From the NCBI GenBank assembly GCA_051530055.1, contig CM121342.1:3533489-3597488 (forward strand): DNA of 64,000 nt, in the 5' to 3' direction. The notes under the pieces are model-generated. The model did not search any database. It had not been told where the DNA came from and was given only the letters and a program-made list of their open reading frames with translations. Below are positions 10,923 through 23,400 of the stretch, piece after piece. This DNA is from Neoechinorhynchus agilis. Taxonomy: Eukaryota > Animalia > Acanthocephala. Position 1 is the first letter of the stretch; each line of letters begins with the position of its first letter. Made by a program: the position numbers and the translations under genes.

Positions 10923-12174
10923 TTATTCAGACAAAAGATCTTTTAAGATTACACGCGACTTTTTACACATTCCTGCTTTTTGCATATTTAAAAAGAATCC
11001 ATCTTCAGTAGAATGTTCAATTGAATGGTAAGGATCTCCATAAGATGTGGTCAGATACTTTCGCCAAATCTTGATGGCCAATGCTCGCTGAAGGTTGAGG
11101 AACACAAATGGACTTAGTGGAACAATTCGCACACTTCCTTGGCATTCATCTTCGCCGGATTTAGATACGATCTTTAAAAGGATCAATCCACTATTCGTCA
11201 AACGCATTGTTGAAAACAAAACGTTTGATCGGATTCGTCCGATCACTTTTTCCACTTTAATGTATTTTATTAAATGTGTTACCAAATCCGCGAGTATTAG
11301 AAATTGTGAGTGTTCTTCAGCCTTTTCCGAAAGCATAAGACAATATTTGCCAATAAGACATTTTCGATGGCAGTGTAGAAAAAGCGTTCTCTGGAATCGG
11401 ATAAAGGAAATCGAGTCCTGAACTTAGCGAGACAACGAAGAACCCGGAGAACACTTTTGGTACGTTTTTGAATAAACCATCGAGTTTTTCTCGCTTACAG
11501 CCTTTTTCTACACTGTATTCGTGCCAATTGAGTTCCATTTTTGACAAATCGATACTCGCAATCTTGTCCGTGAAAGCACTTTCAGCGTTTTCAAGAACTC
11601 CGCCAAAGACATAAGCCAATCCTTCGAACACTACGACGCACGGAGCCACTCTGTGGAATTTATCCACTTGGTCTTCGCCATGAATTTCATGGTAACAAAA
11701 CGATCGCTTGTAAGTATCGACTTCGACGACTACTTTGGAACATCCTGTTGGAAAACAATATCCGCCAATGACAAATACTGAATTTTCATGAACGACCACA
11801 TCAGGAAGGTAAATAAAGTCTTCAGGTATACAATTAATACAGTCAATTAAACCTCTTCCATCTCGCAAGCTGATTCTATATGAGTTTCCGCTTTCGAACA
11901 CATATTTGAAACTAAATTTGTTTCCAATGAAACTTTTGTCGCTAGACTTTACACTTATTTCCCGATCAGTCTTCGGAATCAAAATACTTGGCATAAAGCG
12001 TTCAAATTCGTAAGTTGTGCTGGAATAACGTAGCATGTCCCAATAGAAAAGGTCTTTGAGATTATCGAGAAACTTATACGGAAAAGAAGACGAAAATGTT
12101 TCTTCTATTTTGGTTTTTCCTTCTTTAATTTCGGATATTGATCCCTCGATATATAAAAATTCGTCAATTCTCAT
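10923..12174 (-). CDS. Two-exon gene for a ~401-aa protein with kelch-like repeats; function unknown
   Basis: Exon 12174-11464 (237 codons), 46-nt intron gtacca...gctaagttcag, exon 11417-10923 joins the two listed ORFs in frame. Kelch-type VFVIGG and AYVFGG motifs are present. Confidence 0.65.
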
Positions 12175-12608
12175 CTCTTTTTGACGCGAACGGCGATTTA
12201 TCTTAAATAATCACAAACAGTAAAATCGATTGAATTTCCCTTCCTTTTAAAATTCATCAACAAAAGATCACACATTGGCTTTATCCTGCCAGCTTACAAA
12301 GCTATAAAATCGAAGTTTTACATACTTAAATTAAGGTGAAATTAAATATTTAATTTTTAAACTCATTTGATCGAATGGCACTATTAAATAAAATGTGAAA
12401 TAGTAAAGTTTTCCTACGAAAACTGCAACCGAGAGAGATATAGAAAGCGGCGAGCACATCTTTGAGAGAAACGAAAACGCTCAAATACTCCAAATATCTT
12501 AGAATTGTACAGAAAATATCTAAAAACCGAAAAGCAATGCTCAATAAAACATTTATTATATTATAATTTTGGTGAACATATTCCCCCGGTAATAGCATAT
12601 TTGATTTA

Positions 12609-12648
12609 TTGGAGATATTTCGCGAGATAACCCCGCCTCATCAGTCAT
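12609..12648 (-). ncRNA. Minimal type I hammerhead motif just 3' of a Penelope endonuclease ORF
   Basis: Minus strand AUGA-CUGAUGA-G-GCGGG-guuau-CUCGC-GAAA-UAU-C-UC; stem II has 5 bp, stem I is short and degenerate. Confidence 0.62.
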
Positions 12649-12723
12649 CTAAAAATACGTTTTTCACCTTAGGGTTTTAAGCTCGAGTGCGCGGGATCAC
12701 CAAACCCGAAGTTCACGGACCAA

Positions 12724-13070
12724 TTATCCGCTCGTTTTTTTCCCATTGATTTCAGTATTGATTTTTAACACGTCTCTGGGTGGAAGTTTCAAGCTAAAAT
12801 TAGCTTTATTTCCTTCCATTGTGTTGGACACAGCGACGTGTAAGGCTTCCAAAAGAAGCCTTCTTTTTAAGTTTTGCTCTATTTCTATAAAGTTGGTGCC
12901 ACCAAAATCCGCTCGATGCTTACATGTCTCTTGATGATTTGAGATTGCCGACGAATGCTCAAATCGACTGGAAGTTTGCTTATGTTGAGCGACCCTCTTC
13001 TCAATGCCTTGCATCGTTTCTCCTATTTAGACTTTCTTAAACTGTTCACAGTGCATTCTATGGATCCCAT
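12724..13070 (-). mobile_element. Penelope-like element GIY-YIG endonuclease fragment (inactivated)
   Basis: IHRMHCEQFKKV*IGETMQGIEKRVAQHK...SAISNH...H.ADF...IEIEQNLKRRLLLEALHV: the C..C...YIGET, R..QH, SA+..H and R..LE motifs, with a stop replacing the Tyr. Confidence 0.82.
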
Positions 13071-14099
13071 GACTCAATTTTACCCTTTTTCTTGAATGTG
13101 CTTCCGAGAGCGATTCCTTTAGTATTGTATAGACGAATTCCAACCTTCTTAACTCATAAAGGAGTAAATCATTTGATTCGTGTCATCTTCAATGAAATGC
13201 ACTCTTTCGAAGCATACAAGCTCTGCAGAAGTCAAATGTGGATCATTTTCAATCCAATTGAAACTTTGGTACTCAATTACTGATGCACTGAAACGAAATC
13301 TTCTAAGGCTTTAGAGGGACAATTCTCTAATCAAATAATCCTAATGAAAAGCCGATAAGGTGGGATTCGCAATCGATGGTACCAAAGCCGCCATCATTAT
13401 GAGCACGACATCGACTGGCTACGAGCTGGGAAGTGATTGATGCCACGAGTAGAACTAAATTAAACGGTACCCAGCGTATATGAATGAGATCATAACGGCC
13501 CCACGGCAACGATGTTTTGTGGCAAATGGCCTCTCAAAGAGTGTAATCACCAACAAAAAACGGAGGATTTTCATCATTCGAATAGTCGTTTCGAGCTTAT
13601 CTCCAGACATTGACGCAGAGGATCGGCGCGCGGATGTTCCATGAACAAAAACGGGAAAACCGATTCCGCGAGCGGTCGTAAAGGCTCAATGATTCCACGA
13701 CATCTAGTTTTAATCAATGGAGGTTCGATTCTAACAGAAAATCTAAAAAATATTGTTCCTTAACGCAAAATACTCTATCCCGCCTCACTGATATTAATCA
13801 ATTTTCAATCACATCAAATATTGACTTTATCACATCGGTGGCAAAAACGAGGACTCCGATGATTATTCTCCTTACATGGAAGAAATCTTATGTCTGGGCA
13901 ATTCCAAATACTGGCCATCCAGGGATAGGAGAAAAATTAAGGAACTACTACCTAATTCTGGTCAGTGGTGGAAAATTGTCTATCGGCGAGAATTGGTTCC
14001 TTGGCGAAAAGCTACTGCCTGGATCAAAAGCTCGGGTTTGATAACTCTGCGGGTACAATCTTCTTCCGATCAAGGCTCAGAATTTCCGATATAGTTAGC

Positions 14100-16740
14100 T
14101 ATTGGAATTCAAAATCTCAAATAATGGACCGTCAGCCTGTTTTAAGGCCAGATATTGCACAAGTCTTCATTCAAGCTCCATCGGGAAGAGTGGACAGAAA
14201 TCAATTTCGCAAAAAGGATCTTCTTAACCAAGCGAGAAGGTGGACTCTGGAGGGGACGTTATTCCCATTTCGAGATCTATCAACGCGTCCTAGGCAAACT
14301 ATTTTTACAATTTGTTTTTATACAATAACTGTATTAGCCCGAGATGTCATGGTTTTTTACCGAATAAGTCAGTGCGCTCGGCAATTTCGGAGATTGTGTC
14401 AAATTTTTAATAATTATCAGAAATCAATGAATGTTTTGATTTCGTTTGATATTTCTAAAGCATTAGATTTTATAGATATTGGAATTCAAAATCTCAAATA
14501 ATGGACCGTCAGCCTGTTTTAAGGCCAGATATTGCACAAGTCTTCATTCAAGCTCCATCGGGAAGAGTGGACAGAAATCAATTTCGCAAAAAGGATCTTC
14601 TTAACCAAGCGAGAAGGTGGACTCTGGAGGGGACGTTATTCCCATTTCGAGATCTATCAACGCGTCCTAGGCAAACTATTTTTACAATTTGTTTTTATAC
14701 AATAACTGTATTAGCCCGAGATGTCATGGTTTTTTACCGAATAAGTCAGTGCGCTCGGCAATTTCGGAGATTGTGTCAAATTTTTAATAGTTATCAGAAA
14801 TCAATGAATGTTTTGATTTCGTTTGATATTTCTAAAGCATTAGATTTTATAGATATTGGAATTCAAAATCTCAAATAATGGACCGTCAGCCTGTTTTAAG
14901 GCCAGATATTGCACAAGTCTTCATTCAAGCTCCATCGGGAAGAGTGGACAGAAATCAATTTCGCAAAAAGGATCTTCTTAACCAAGCGAGAAGGTGGACT
15001 CTGGAGGGGCGTTATTCCCATTTCGAGATCTATCAACGCGTCCTAGGCAAACTATTTTTACAATTTGTTTTTATACAATAACTGTATTAGCCCGAGATGT
15101 CATGGTTTTTTACCGAATAAGTCAGTGCGCTCGGCAATTTCGGAGATTGTGTCAAATTTTTAATAGTTATCAGAAATCAATGAATGTTTTGATTTCGTTT
15201 GATATTTCTAAAGCATTAGATTTTATAGATATTGGAATTCAAAATCTCAAATAATGGACCGTCAGCCTGTTTTAAGGCCAGATATTGCACAAGTCTTCAT
15301 TCAAGCTCCATCGGGAAGAGTGGACAGAAATCAATTTCGCAAAAAGGATCTTCTTAACCAAGCGAGAAGGTGGACTCTGGAGGGGACGTTATTCCCATTT
15401 CGAGATCTATCAACGCGTCCTAGGCAAACTATTTTTACAATTTGTTTTTATACAATAACTGTATTAGCCCGAGATGTCATGGTTTTTTACCGAATAAGTC
15501 AGTGCGCTCGGCAATTTCGGAGATTGTGTCAAATTTTTAATAGTTATCAGAAATCAATGAATGTTTTGATTTCGTTTGATATTTCTAAAGCATTAGATTT
15601 TATAGATATTGGAATTCAAAATCTCAAATAATGGACCGTCAGCCTGTTTTAAGGCCAGATATTGCACAAGTCTTCATTCAAGCTCCATCGGGAAGAGTGG
15701 ACAGAAATCAATTTCGCAAAAAGGATCTTCTTAACCAAGCGAGAAGGTGGACTCTGGAGGGGACGTTATTCCCATTTCGAGATCTATCAACGCGTCCTAG
15801 GCAAACTATTTTTACAATTTGTTTTTATACAATAACTGTATTAGCCCGAGATGTCATGGTTTTTTACCGAATAAGTCAGTGCGCTCGGCAATTTCGGAGA
15901 TTGTGTCAAATTTTTAATAGTTATCAGAAATCAATGAATGTTTTGATTTCGTTTGATATTTCTAAAGCATTAGATTTTATAGATATTGGAATTCAAAATC
16001 TCAAATAATGGACCGTCAGCCTGTTTTAAGGCCAGATATTGCACAAGTCTTCATTCAAGCTCCATCGGGAAAGTGGACAGAAATCAATTTCGCAAAAAGG
16101 ATCTTCTTAACCAAGCGAGAAGGTGGACTCTGGAGGGGACGTTATTCCCATTTCGAGATCTATCAACGCGTCCTAGGCAAACTATTTTTACAATTTGTTT
16201 TTATACAATAACTGTATTAGCCCGAGATGTCATGGTTTTTTACCGAATAAGTCAGTGCGCTCGGCAATTTCGGAGATTGTGTCAAATTTTTAATAGTTAT
16301 CAGAAATCAATGAATGTTTTGATTTCGTTTGATATTTCTAAAGCATTAGATTTTATAGATATTGGAATTCAAAATCTCAAATAATGGACCGTCAGCCTGT
16401 TTTAAGGCCAGATATTGCACAAGTCTTCATTCAAGCTCCATCGGGAAGAGTGGACAGAAATCAATTTCGCAAAAAGGATCTTCTTAACCAAGCGAGAAGG
16501 TGGACTCTGGAGGGGACGTTATTCCCATTTCGAGATCTATCAACGCGTCCTAGGCAAACTATTTTTACAATTTGTTTTTATACAATAACTGTATTAGCCC
16601 GAGATGTCATGGTTTTTTACCGAATAAGTCAGTGCGCTCGGCAATTTCGGAGATTGTGTCAAATTTTTAATAGTTATCAGAAATCAATGAATGTTTTGAT
16701 TTCGTTTGATATTTCTAAAGCATTAGATTTTATAGATATT
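14100..16740 (+). repeat. Seven near-identical tandem copies of a 376-377 bp internal LINE RT segment
   Basis: atggaccgtcag recurs at 14124, 14501, 14878, 15254, 15631, 16008, 16384. The unit encodes ...VLISFDISKALDFID (RT D..KAFD motif). Confidence 0.95.
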
Positions 16741-17220
16741 GAATTCATTATACACATTCTTCCCATATATTCCTATTGCACGAATCAACAATGTTCAAAA
16801 CGATTATTGTTACAAAACGATCTCCCTCGTACTATTTATTTCCAAACGAGATTAGTTCCTCAGGGCTCACCACTTTCCTCGATCTTCGCCTAGCCTCACA
16901 GTTCATAATTCAAAACTGTAAAGTGTGTAAAGACTTCAACCTTTATGCCGATGACATTACGGTTGCAATAAAAGAACCCAACTAACGGCCAGAGAAACTG
17001 CATGAACTATTTATCTGGTTCAACTCTATTCTACCTCAAATGGGTTTCACTCTCAACCCTTAAAAAACACAATTTATTCCCAAATCGAAGTAGGTTGTTA
17101 AGAAACGTCGATTACGGCCTGTAAAACTCTTTCAAAGACAAGTCCCACCTCCCTGCCTAAACATCCGACATCAAGACACCTTCAGCAAAGATAGATGCTG
17201 GCAAGTGTATGGATCGTTCT
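16741..17220 (+). mobile_element. Continuation of the CR1/L2-group RT after the last tandem unit
   Basis: VPQGSPLSSIF and NLYADDIT motifs; same 3' end string as ~10845-10875. Confidence 0.8.
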
Positions 17221-17234
17221 TTTCTTAAATTAAT

Positions 17235-18895
17235 ACTCCTCAATGAGCCCACAAATACCGCGCCAGAATTGCTTGATTGCATCCCCCAGCATCCGGTCCA
17301 ATTACGGATGAATGATCCACCTGATCTAAAGGAACTTGAAGATGCCGTTAAAAGGCTAAAAATGCTGATAAAATGCGGAGGAACAATTCTCCTACGCCTC
17401 CTTCATTCTTTACTTCTGTCAATATGGGAAAATGGAATCTCAAGACTTTCGCAATGCTTCGATCGTCCCGATATTCAAAAAAGATGATCGCTGCCAATGC
17501 GGAAACTACAAAGGAATCTCGCTGCTATCTGTCGTTGGGAAAATATTTACATCAGTACTCGCTCGAAGACTTCAGAACTTCAGCGAACAAATTCTCCCTG
17601 AATCTCAATACGGATTCCGACTAGGCCAAGGAACTTCTTAGATGATTCTGTGAGCACGCCAATTATTGGAAAAAGCAAGAGAACAACAAATACCTATGAT
17701 GATGACATTCTTCGACCTGAGAAAGGCTTTCGACTCGGTCCCTCGCGAAATATATTGACGGTGCTGTCAAAGTTTGGATGTGTGGAGAAATTCGTCAATG
17801 TAATCCAAAAATTTCATGAAGACACCAGAGGTATTGTCTCCTGCATGGGTCATCTTGCTCACCGAGTTTCTCAATTTCCACAGGAGTCAAACAAAGACGT
17901 GTGTTAGCTCCAACTTTATTCTCGATGTATATGGCGGCTGTTCTGTTCCATGTAGGCGATCTTTTTAATCTTCGACGGCTAAAATCGATTTCGAAGACAG
18001 CGTCCACAAATGTGTCGGAGCTGCCATACGCTGACGATAATTGAACTCCAGCAACTACCTTAGAAGCTCTTCAAACGAACGCGAACGCTTTCACTTACGC
18101 ATATAATCTTGGTGGTTTATCAATCAATGTTGATAAAACTAAATACATGGTTCAGGCAACTGCTTCCAGTTACGATCCTAACACATAACTTCGTATTTGT
18201 AATCAAACAGTGGAAAGAGTTTAAAGATTTTGCTACTTTGGAAGCATTATCACCGAGAACAACGATCTCACTCCTGACATCCAAAACAGAATTCGAGCCT
18301 CTCATCTTGCTTACGGTCGCCTAAATAAGCGAGTGTTCAAACAACGGAACCTAAAAATCTCGACCAAACTAAATGTCTATTCAGCTGTTGTTCTCACCAA
18401 CCTTCTCTACGGCTGCGAAAGCTGGACTCTTTACAGGAAAATTATAAACGAGCTGGAACGTTTCCATCAACAAAAGCTGATGAACATTCTTGGGGTGAGA
18501 TGGCAAGAGAGAATACCAAATTTGCAGATTCTGGAGAAAACACAAATGACGAACATCGAAGGCCTCATAATAAAACATCAACTGCGATTTCTTGGACATC
18601 TTAGTCGCAGTTCCATCTCCAGCCTCCCGAAGCAGATTCTCTTCGGTGAAATCGAAAATGGCCGTCGTCGAAGAGGTGCTCCCAAAAAGCGTTTAAACTA
18701 CCAACTGAAAAATTTTCTAAACGGTGTGGCTAAAGACCGTGTAAAATGGAGAGGAGATCATTTCAAGAGTAAAGACATTCGAAAAAATTATCGAGAACTC
18801 ATTACCTAAACCTTCACCGAATATTCGATGCGTCCATTGTGATCGTAAATTCCGGAGTCACCTCGGACTTTACTCGCACAACAAACATCAACATG
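17235..18895 (+). mobile_element. RTE-clade LINE, 3' half (RT and C-terminal zinc-finger-like end), degraded
   Basis: LLNEPTNTAPELLDCIPQHP, DFRNASIVPIFKK...GNYKGISLLSVVGKIF, LPESQYGFR, YADD, KLNVYSAVVLTNLLYGCESWTLY, LPKQILFGE, C..C.RKFRSHLGLYSH. Confidence 0.93.
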
Positions 18896-19219
18896 GAGGG
18901 AAATAAAAAATATAAGTGAATGAACTAATCCTCGTTCCCGGGGAAATAAAAGTCAGTCAGATCAATAATGTAGTCGTTTCAATTTCGTAAATATGAATAG
19001 GATTACAGATATCGATAAGAGCGCGCAATGTATATATTCATGTACAAAAAACAATAATTAATAATCGAATGTCGGCAATCAATCACCCTAATGGAATCGT
19101 CGTACTCCAGCCGAACACACAAAAACATAATGCAGAAGTGTTTATTCGGGAAACAATCTCAATGAGAGACCGTCTCACCGGCTATCTAATATTCTAAAGA
19201 TGATAAATCATTTTGTAAA

Positions 19220-19915
19220 TCACCACCACCATCCACCAAGCCGTCCACATCCCCAACCCCATCCGAGACCGAATCCCCATGGGTATCCAAACCAGCGTTT
19301 TATCTTTCCATTCTTGTCCGTGCTGTTTGATTTCCTCGATGTCTTTTGTTTATCCTTTCCCCCACCTCCCTTCTTTCCATTATTTCTTCCTCCATTTCCC
19401 AATCCATTTTCTCCTTCTGTTATCTCTGCAGAGTCCTCATTGGAAGTATCATCACCGCTGCTCGATTCCTTGGGTGTCGTTTGTTTATCCATTCCATCAC
19501 CTTCCATCTTTTCCGTATTTCTTCTTTGATTTCTCACTTCATTTTGTACTGCTGTTGTCTCTGCAGAGTCCTCATTGGAAGTATCATCACCGCTGCTCGA
19601 TTCCTTGGGTGTCGTGTTTATTCTTTCCCCCACTTCCCTTCTTTCCATTATTTCTTCCTCCATTTCCCAATCCATTTTCTCCTTCTGTTATCTCTGCAGA
19701 GTCCTCATTGGAAGATCATCACCGCTGCTCGATTCCTTGGGTGTCGTTTGTTTATCCATTCCATCACCTTCCATCTTTTCCGTATTTCTTCTTTGATTTC
19801 TCACTTCATTTTGTACTGCTGTTGTCTCTGCAGAGTCCTCATTGGTCCGGTGATTGGCGGACACGGCAACGAAGCCAAGTGCAAATATCAAACCAAAGAC
19901 AATTGCGGATCGCAT
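19220..19915 (-). CDS. Secreted repetitive precursor (signal, acidic A-B-A-B repeats, KR, Trp/Gly-rich 24-aa tail); two small deletions break the frame in this assembly
   Basis: MRSAIVFGLIFALGFVAVSA signal; four ~135-bp units (TTPKESSSGDDTSNEDSAE); ends KIKR-WFGYPWGFGLGWGWGCGRLGGWWW-TGA. A 1-nt loss near 19714 and a 2-nt loss near 19615, relative to sister units, compensate each other but expose a stop at 19688. Confidence 0.68.
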
Positions 19916-19985
19916 TGAAGACTGAGAGATTGATTCGTAGTTGAGAGGAGATGGAGATTTGAACTTTGAGCAATCACGAGCCTCC

Positions 19986-19992
19986 TTATATA
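19986..19992 (-). promoter_or_regulatory. Putative TATA box of the secreted precursor gene
   Basis: ggggTATATAAggagg about 70 nt upstream of the ATG at 19915. Confidence 0.5.
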
Positions 19993-20299
19993 CCCCCAAT
20001 GTTTTCAAACAACTCGTTTTAAGCAATTTGTTGTTTAAAATATTTTCACCAAAACATTTATGTTTTCAAGCCTAATGATTGGTAATGAGGAATCTATCAT
20101 TTGATTATAACAAAACTGCCAAAGTTTATGAGGTTTCATAATAATTTGATCAATGTACTTATTTCACGTTTAGAGCACAAATTAAATGGACTCTTTTGTA
20201 TTGATCGCTGATCTCGCTTCTTAATTTTATTAATAACGCAAACTAACAAAATCAAATGGTCGAAAAAGTTTGGTTTCATTCACATTAAACTTCCATATC

Positions 20300-20495
20300 G
20301 TTTTATTTATCTTAAATCGCATACACTCAAGGTCCCACGGCATGCCTTTGGGAGCCTCTTGGCTAACTTACACACTTCGGAGGCGCTCAGCCACACTGAA
20401 AGGGTCGGGGCCTATGGACGATCTCAAACCCCTCCCCCCACGTGGAACCCAGCGACCAGTGTATTTGAACCATCGACATATCGGGCGCATTTTTT
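20300..20495 (+). repeat. Dispersed, internally shortened monomer of the 269-bp element family
   Basis: tttatcttaaatcgcata...acggcatgcctttggga...gaggcgctcagccacact...gatctcaaacc...cgtggaacccagcgaccagtg...gggcgcattttttt aligns with the 1-1190 unit. Confidence 0.88.
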
Positions 20496-23400
20496 TCGAT
20501 TCAATTTCGTGGATTGTGTAATACCAATGTTTAAATAAACGCGAAATGTGTAAAATAGCACAGAACACTAAAATGTTACTCAGTTGTAGTTTATTTTTAT
20601 AATATTTCTTGGTTCTAATTTTTTGGCTCTCTTGTGTATAGATGAGTTTCAATATTCGATTAAGAGTGACTCCACAATTTAACATCTCGTTGACGGATCG
20701 ACGAATATACGAGAGAGATGCTCCTAGGAAATTGCAGGAATTGGACTCAATGATCTGCGAGTATGAACGAGGGCGGCAACTCGGTCAATTACAATATCTT
20801 TTGCAGGATTATCAAAAACTAAAGGATAGGCCAGACGGCACAACAGGTGATAAAGAACCAAAGGAAAAGCGAGAACGAAGTCGAACTCATCCACGAAGTT
20901 ATTCTCGCAGCGCTTCTCATACTCGCGAGCATTGAAGATAACAAATGTTTGTCGAAATTCGGTCTTCTTGAAATTAATGATTATTTTTTTATTTCGCCAA
21001 CACTAAATCTGATCGAATTTACATTGATTACAAAAAAGTTTCGAAATCCTAAGAATGTGCTCCTGATGCGATGTTCAGTATTATCTGATAATCTCGAATT
21101 TCCATCTTTATACACCACTTAAACAGCGCTAAAATGGTAGCTCGGCAAACAACGATTTATAAATTCGCCCTTTATTGCATTGGTTGAAATATGCAAACTA
21201 TTAGAGTTGAGATCACTAGAAGTATTAAATTGAGAGATAATAACCAAGAATCTGGTAGTAAGGCTTTGCTCGTCTTAGCCTTTAGCATGCGTTTTCGTTA
21301 ATTTTCAACAGGAACGAATCAACTCGGCGATTGGAGAACCAAGATCGACTGGCGCAAAAAATAAGCATTGCGGTGCAGCGGGGCAATGCGGCCAGCATTT
21401 TGGCCAGCGCCGATGATTGGGAGCGTTGATAATCTGAATTGGAAGTATAAAAGTTCATGAGCCGCTTGTTAAATTCGATCTTAAATTTATTGATACATCT
21501 AAAGATCAAATTAACTTTTCTAAAAAATTCAAGGAGATATATTTTAACTTACATTGTTCTAAGAAGTTAATTCGGGGACAAGAGAAGTTATATTCTTAAA
21601 TCTATATACATATTCCGAGAGATACCAGCGTCGAAAATTTTATATAAGAGCTTTATTCGATTGATCGCTTCTTTCCTTAGGGATGTGCTGAATGCGTTTT
21701 CCGCAACTTCTAGAGCTCAAATGGAAAGATTCAATATATTAGTTCAAAGGATCTCAAAGTTTGCTTCAATTTTTTCAATACCTGAGCTTAATTCGAGGAA
21801 GAGTCGTGTAGTGAAGACATTTTTGATGTTATACATTATTTTCGGAAGTTGTTACGAATCGTTTTTATATATGATTAACTCAGATTAAATGTCCAAGTCT
21901 ACAGATTGTAGCTGGATAAAATTCAATCATCTTGTTCGAAAAATCGAGTGTGATGAACCTGAATTACTCAAGTTGAGACATAGTGCCGCATTCCGGAGAT
22001 GCTTTTCTATGAGTCACAAATGTGCTCAGAAAGTTGTCTTCCTTTTTGCCATCTATCGTTAGGTGAAAGGCGGTTCGCATTTTTTGGATCTTAAGCAACT
22101 GAAAGAGTTTTGCTTGAAGAAAAAGGACCAAATGATTCGTTTCGAAATATATTATCAATGCTATTCGAGTACTCTAGTTTCTTTAATTACATGACTTGCA
22201 AACTAGTAAAAAGATAATTTGGGAAAGACTATATTCCCATAAGGAATCTATACCACAATTACGTCTTAAACATAGCTAGTCGCGCAATATTCACTACGAA
22301 TCGAAGAAAAACACGATTTTGAGCGAATAAATCGCTAAATGGAGGTAGTAAAGGATAGAAAAATTGAACTTAGCTGGAGGAATACCGCCGCAAAAGTTGG
22401 AACATGAGTACTTGGTCCAAATGACTACCAACGGACGGTTTTGATCTTCAATTCAGTAAGTAGATCCTCGCAGTAGATGATCTAATTTAACACATATAAG
22501 TGTTGAGGTTTAACGTTCAATGCGATAAAATATTGTCTATAAAATTCAGCATATTTTAGACTTGTAAAAGTTGTGAAAAAAAGCAATCTTAAATAATTTA
22601 ACCAAAAGATAATAAACGATAAATTAACCGTGAAGATGAAATTCGTTCTCGAAATATCCTCTAGACAACACCTACGGCGGCAGTCACATTTCTGTCACCG
22701 ATCGAACATTTCAGATTCGGATGAACGACCTAAGCTGTGGGTTGATAGGTTTGTATTTTTAAAGTGTTCTAACTAAACAAAGATTTGAGTAATTAGATTG
22801 AAATTGCTATTTCAATGTGTTCGCGTATGATCGAATCGAGACTGATAATCTAATATTTTATTAACATTATCCCACGAGCGGACGTAAATATTCTAAGATT
22901 GAGAATGATTCAGTACCGAATCAATCTTTTTTCATGCTTTCAGCTTTGCTCAACGAGGTGGATACATTTATCTTTTACAGATGAACATCGTTCAGGCACT
23001 TATTCTAACCTTTTGCCGCCTTATTTTATATCCAATGATTTACAATTCAGCGCGAGGTGCTTTGATTAAAGATTACTTTTTCACAATACCTTACAGTCGC
23101 AAATGTTAACGGTATTATTAATTCCATAATAAAGGAAAGTCTGATAAAACAAACTTAAACATATTATCTGACGCTTCCGTGAATCTGTCTAAAGCGATTT
23201 TTGCAAAAATAGATGGGTATTCGATGATGTGTTTGGGATAATCTGCAACAAAACGCCTACATATATTCGCATTTTGTATACGATATCAGATATAATAAGT
23301 CTCGAATGTAGCCACGAAATCCAGAAATGTGTTCAAGTCTTTTGTAAGCTTAAAGAAAGATTAATTTTCAATTAAACACTCAAGGGAATTGAAACAACCT

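Noticed and set aside
11317-11463. Frameshift in the kelch-like gene
   Set aside because: A 46-nt GT-AG intron joins the two ORFs in frame.
13390-13500. Second Penelope endonuclease fragment on plus (HDIDW...EVID)
   Set aside because: Too short and frameshifted to call.
20640-22160. Decayed coding fragments (e.g. DAPRKLQELDSMICEYE and minus-strand pieces)
   Set aside because: No recognisable domain, internal stops and no consistent splice path.
22628-22662. Further hammerhead relic (gtgaaga-t-gaaattcgttctc-gaaa-tatc), and a similar one on minus near 23650-23680
   Set aside because: Core C is altered and stems do not pair; could be decayed copies but not supportable.
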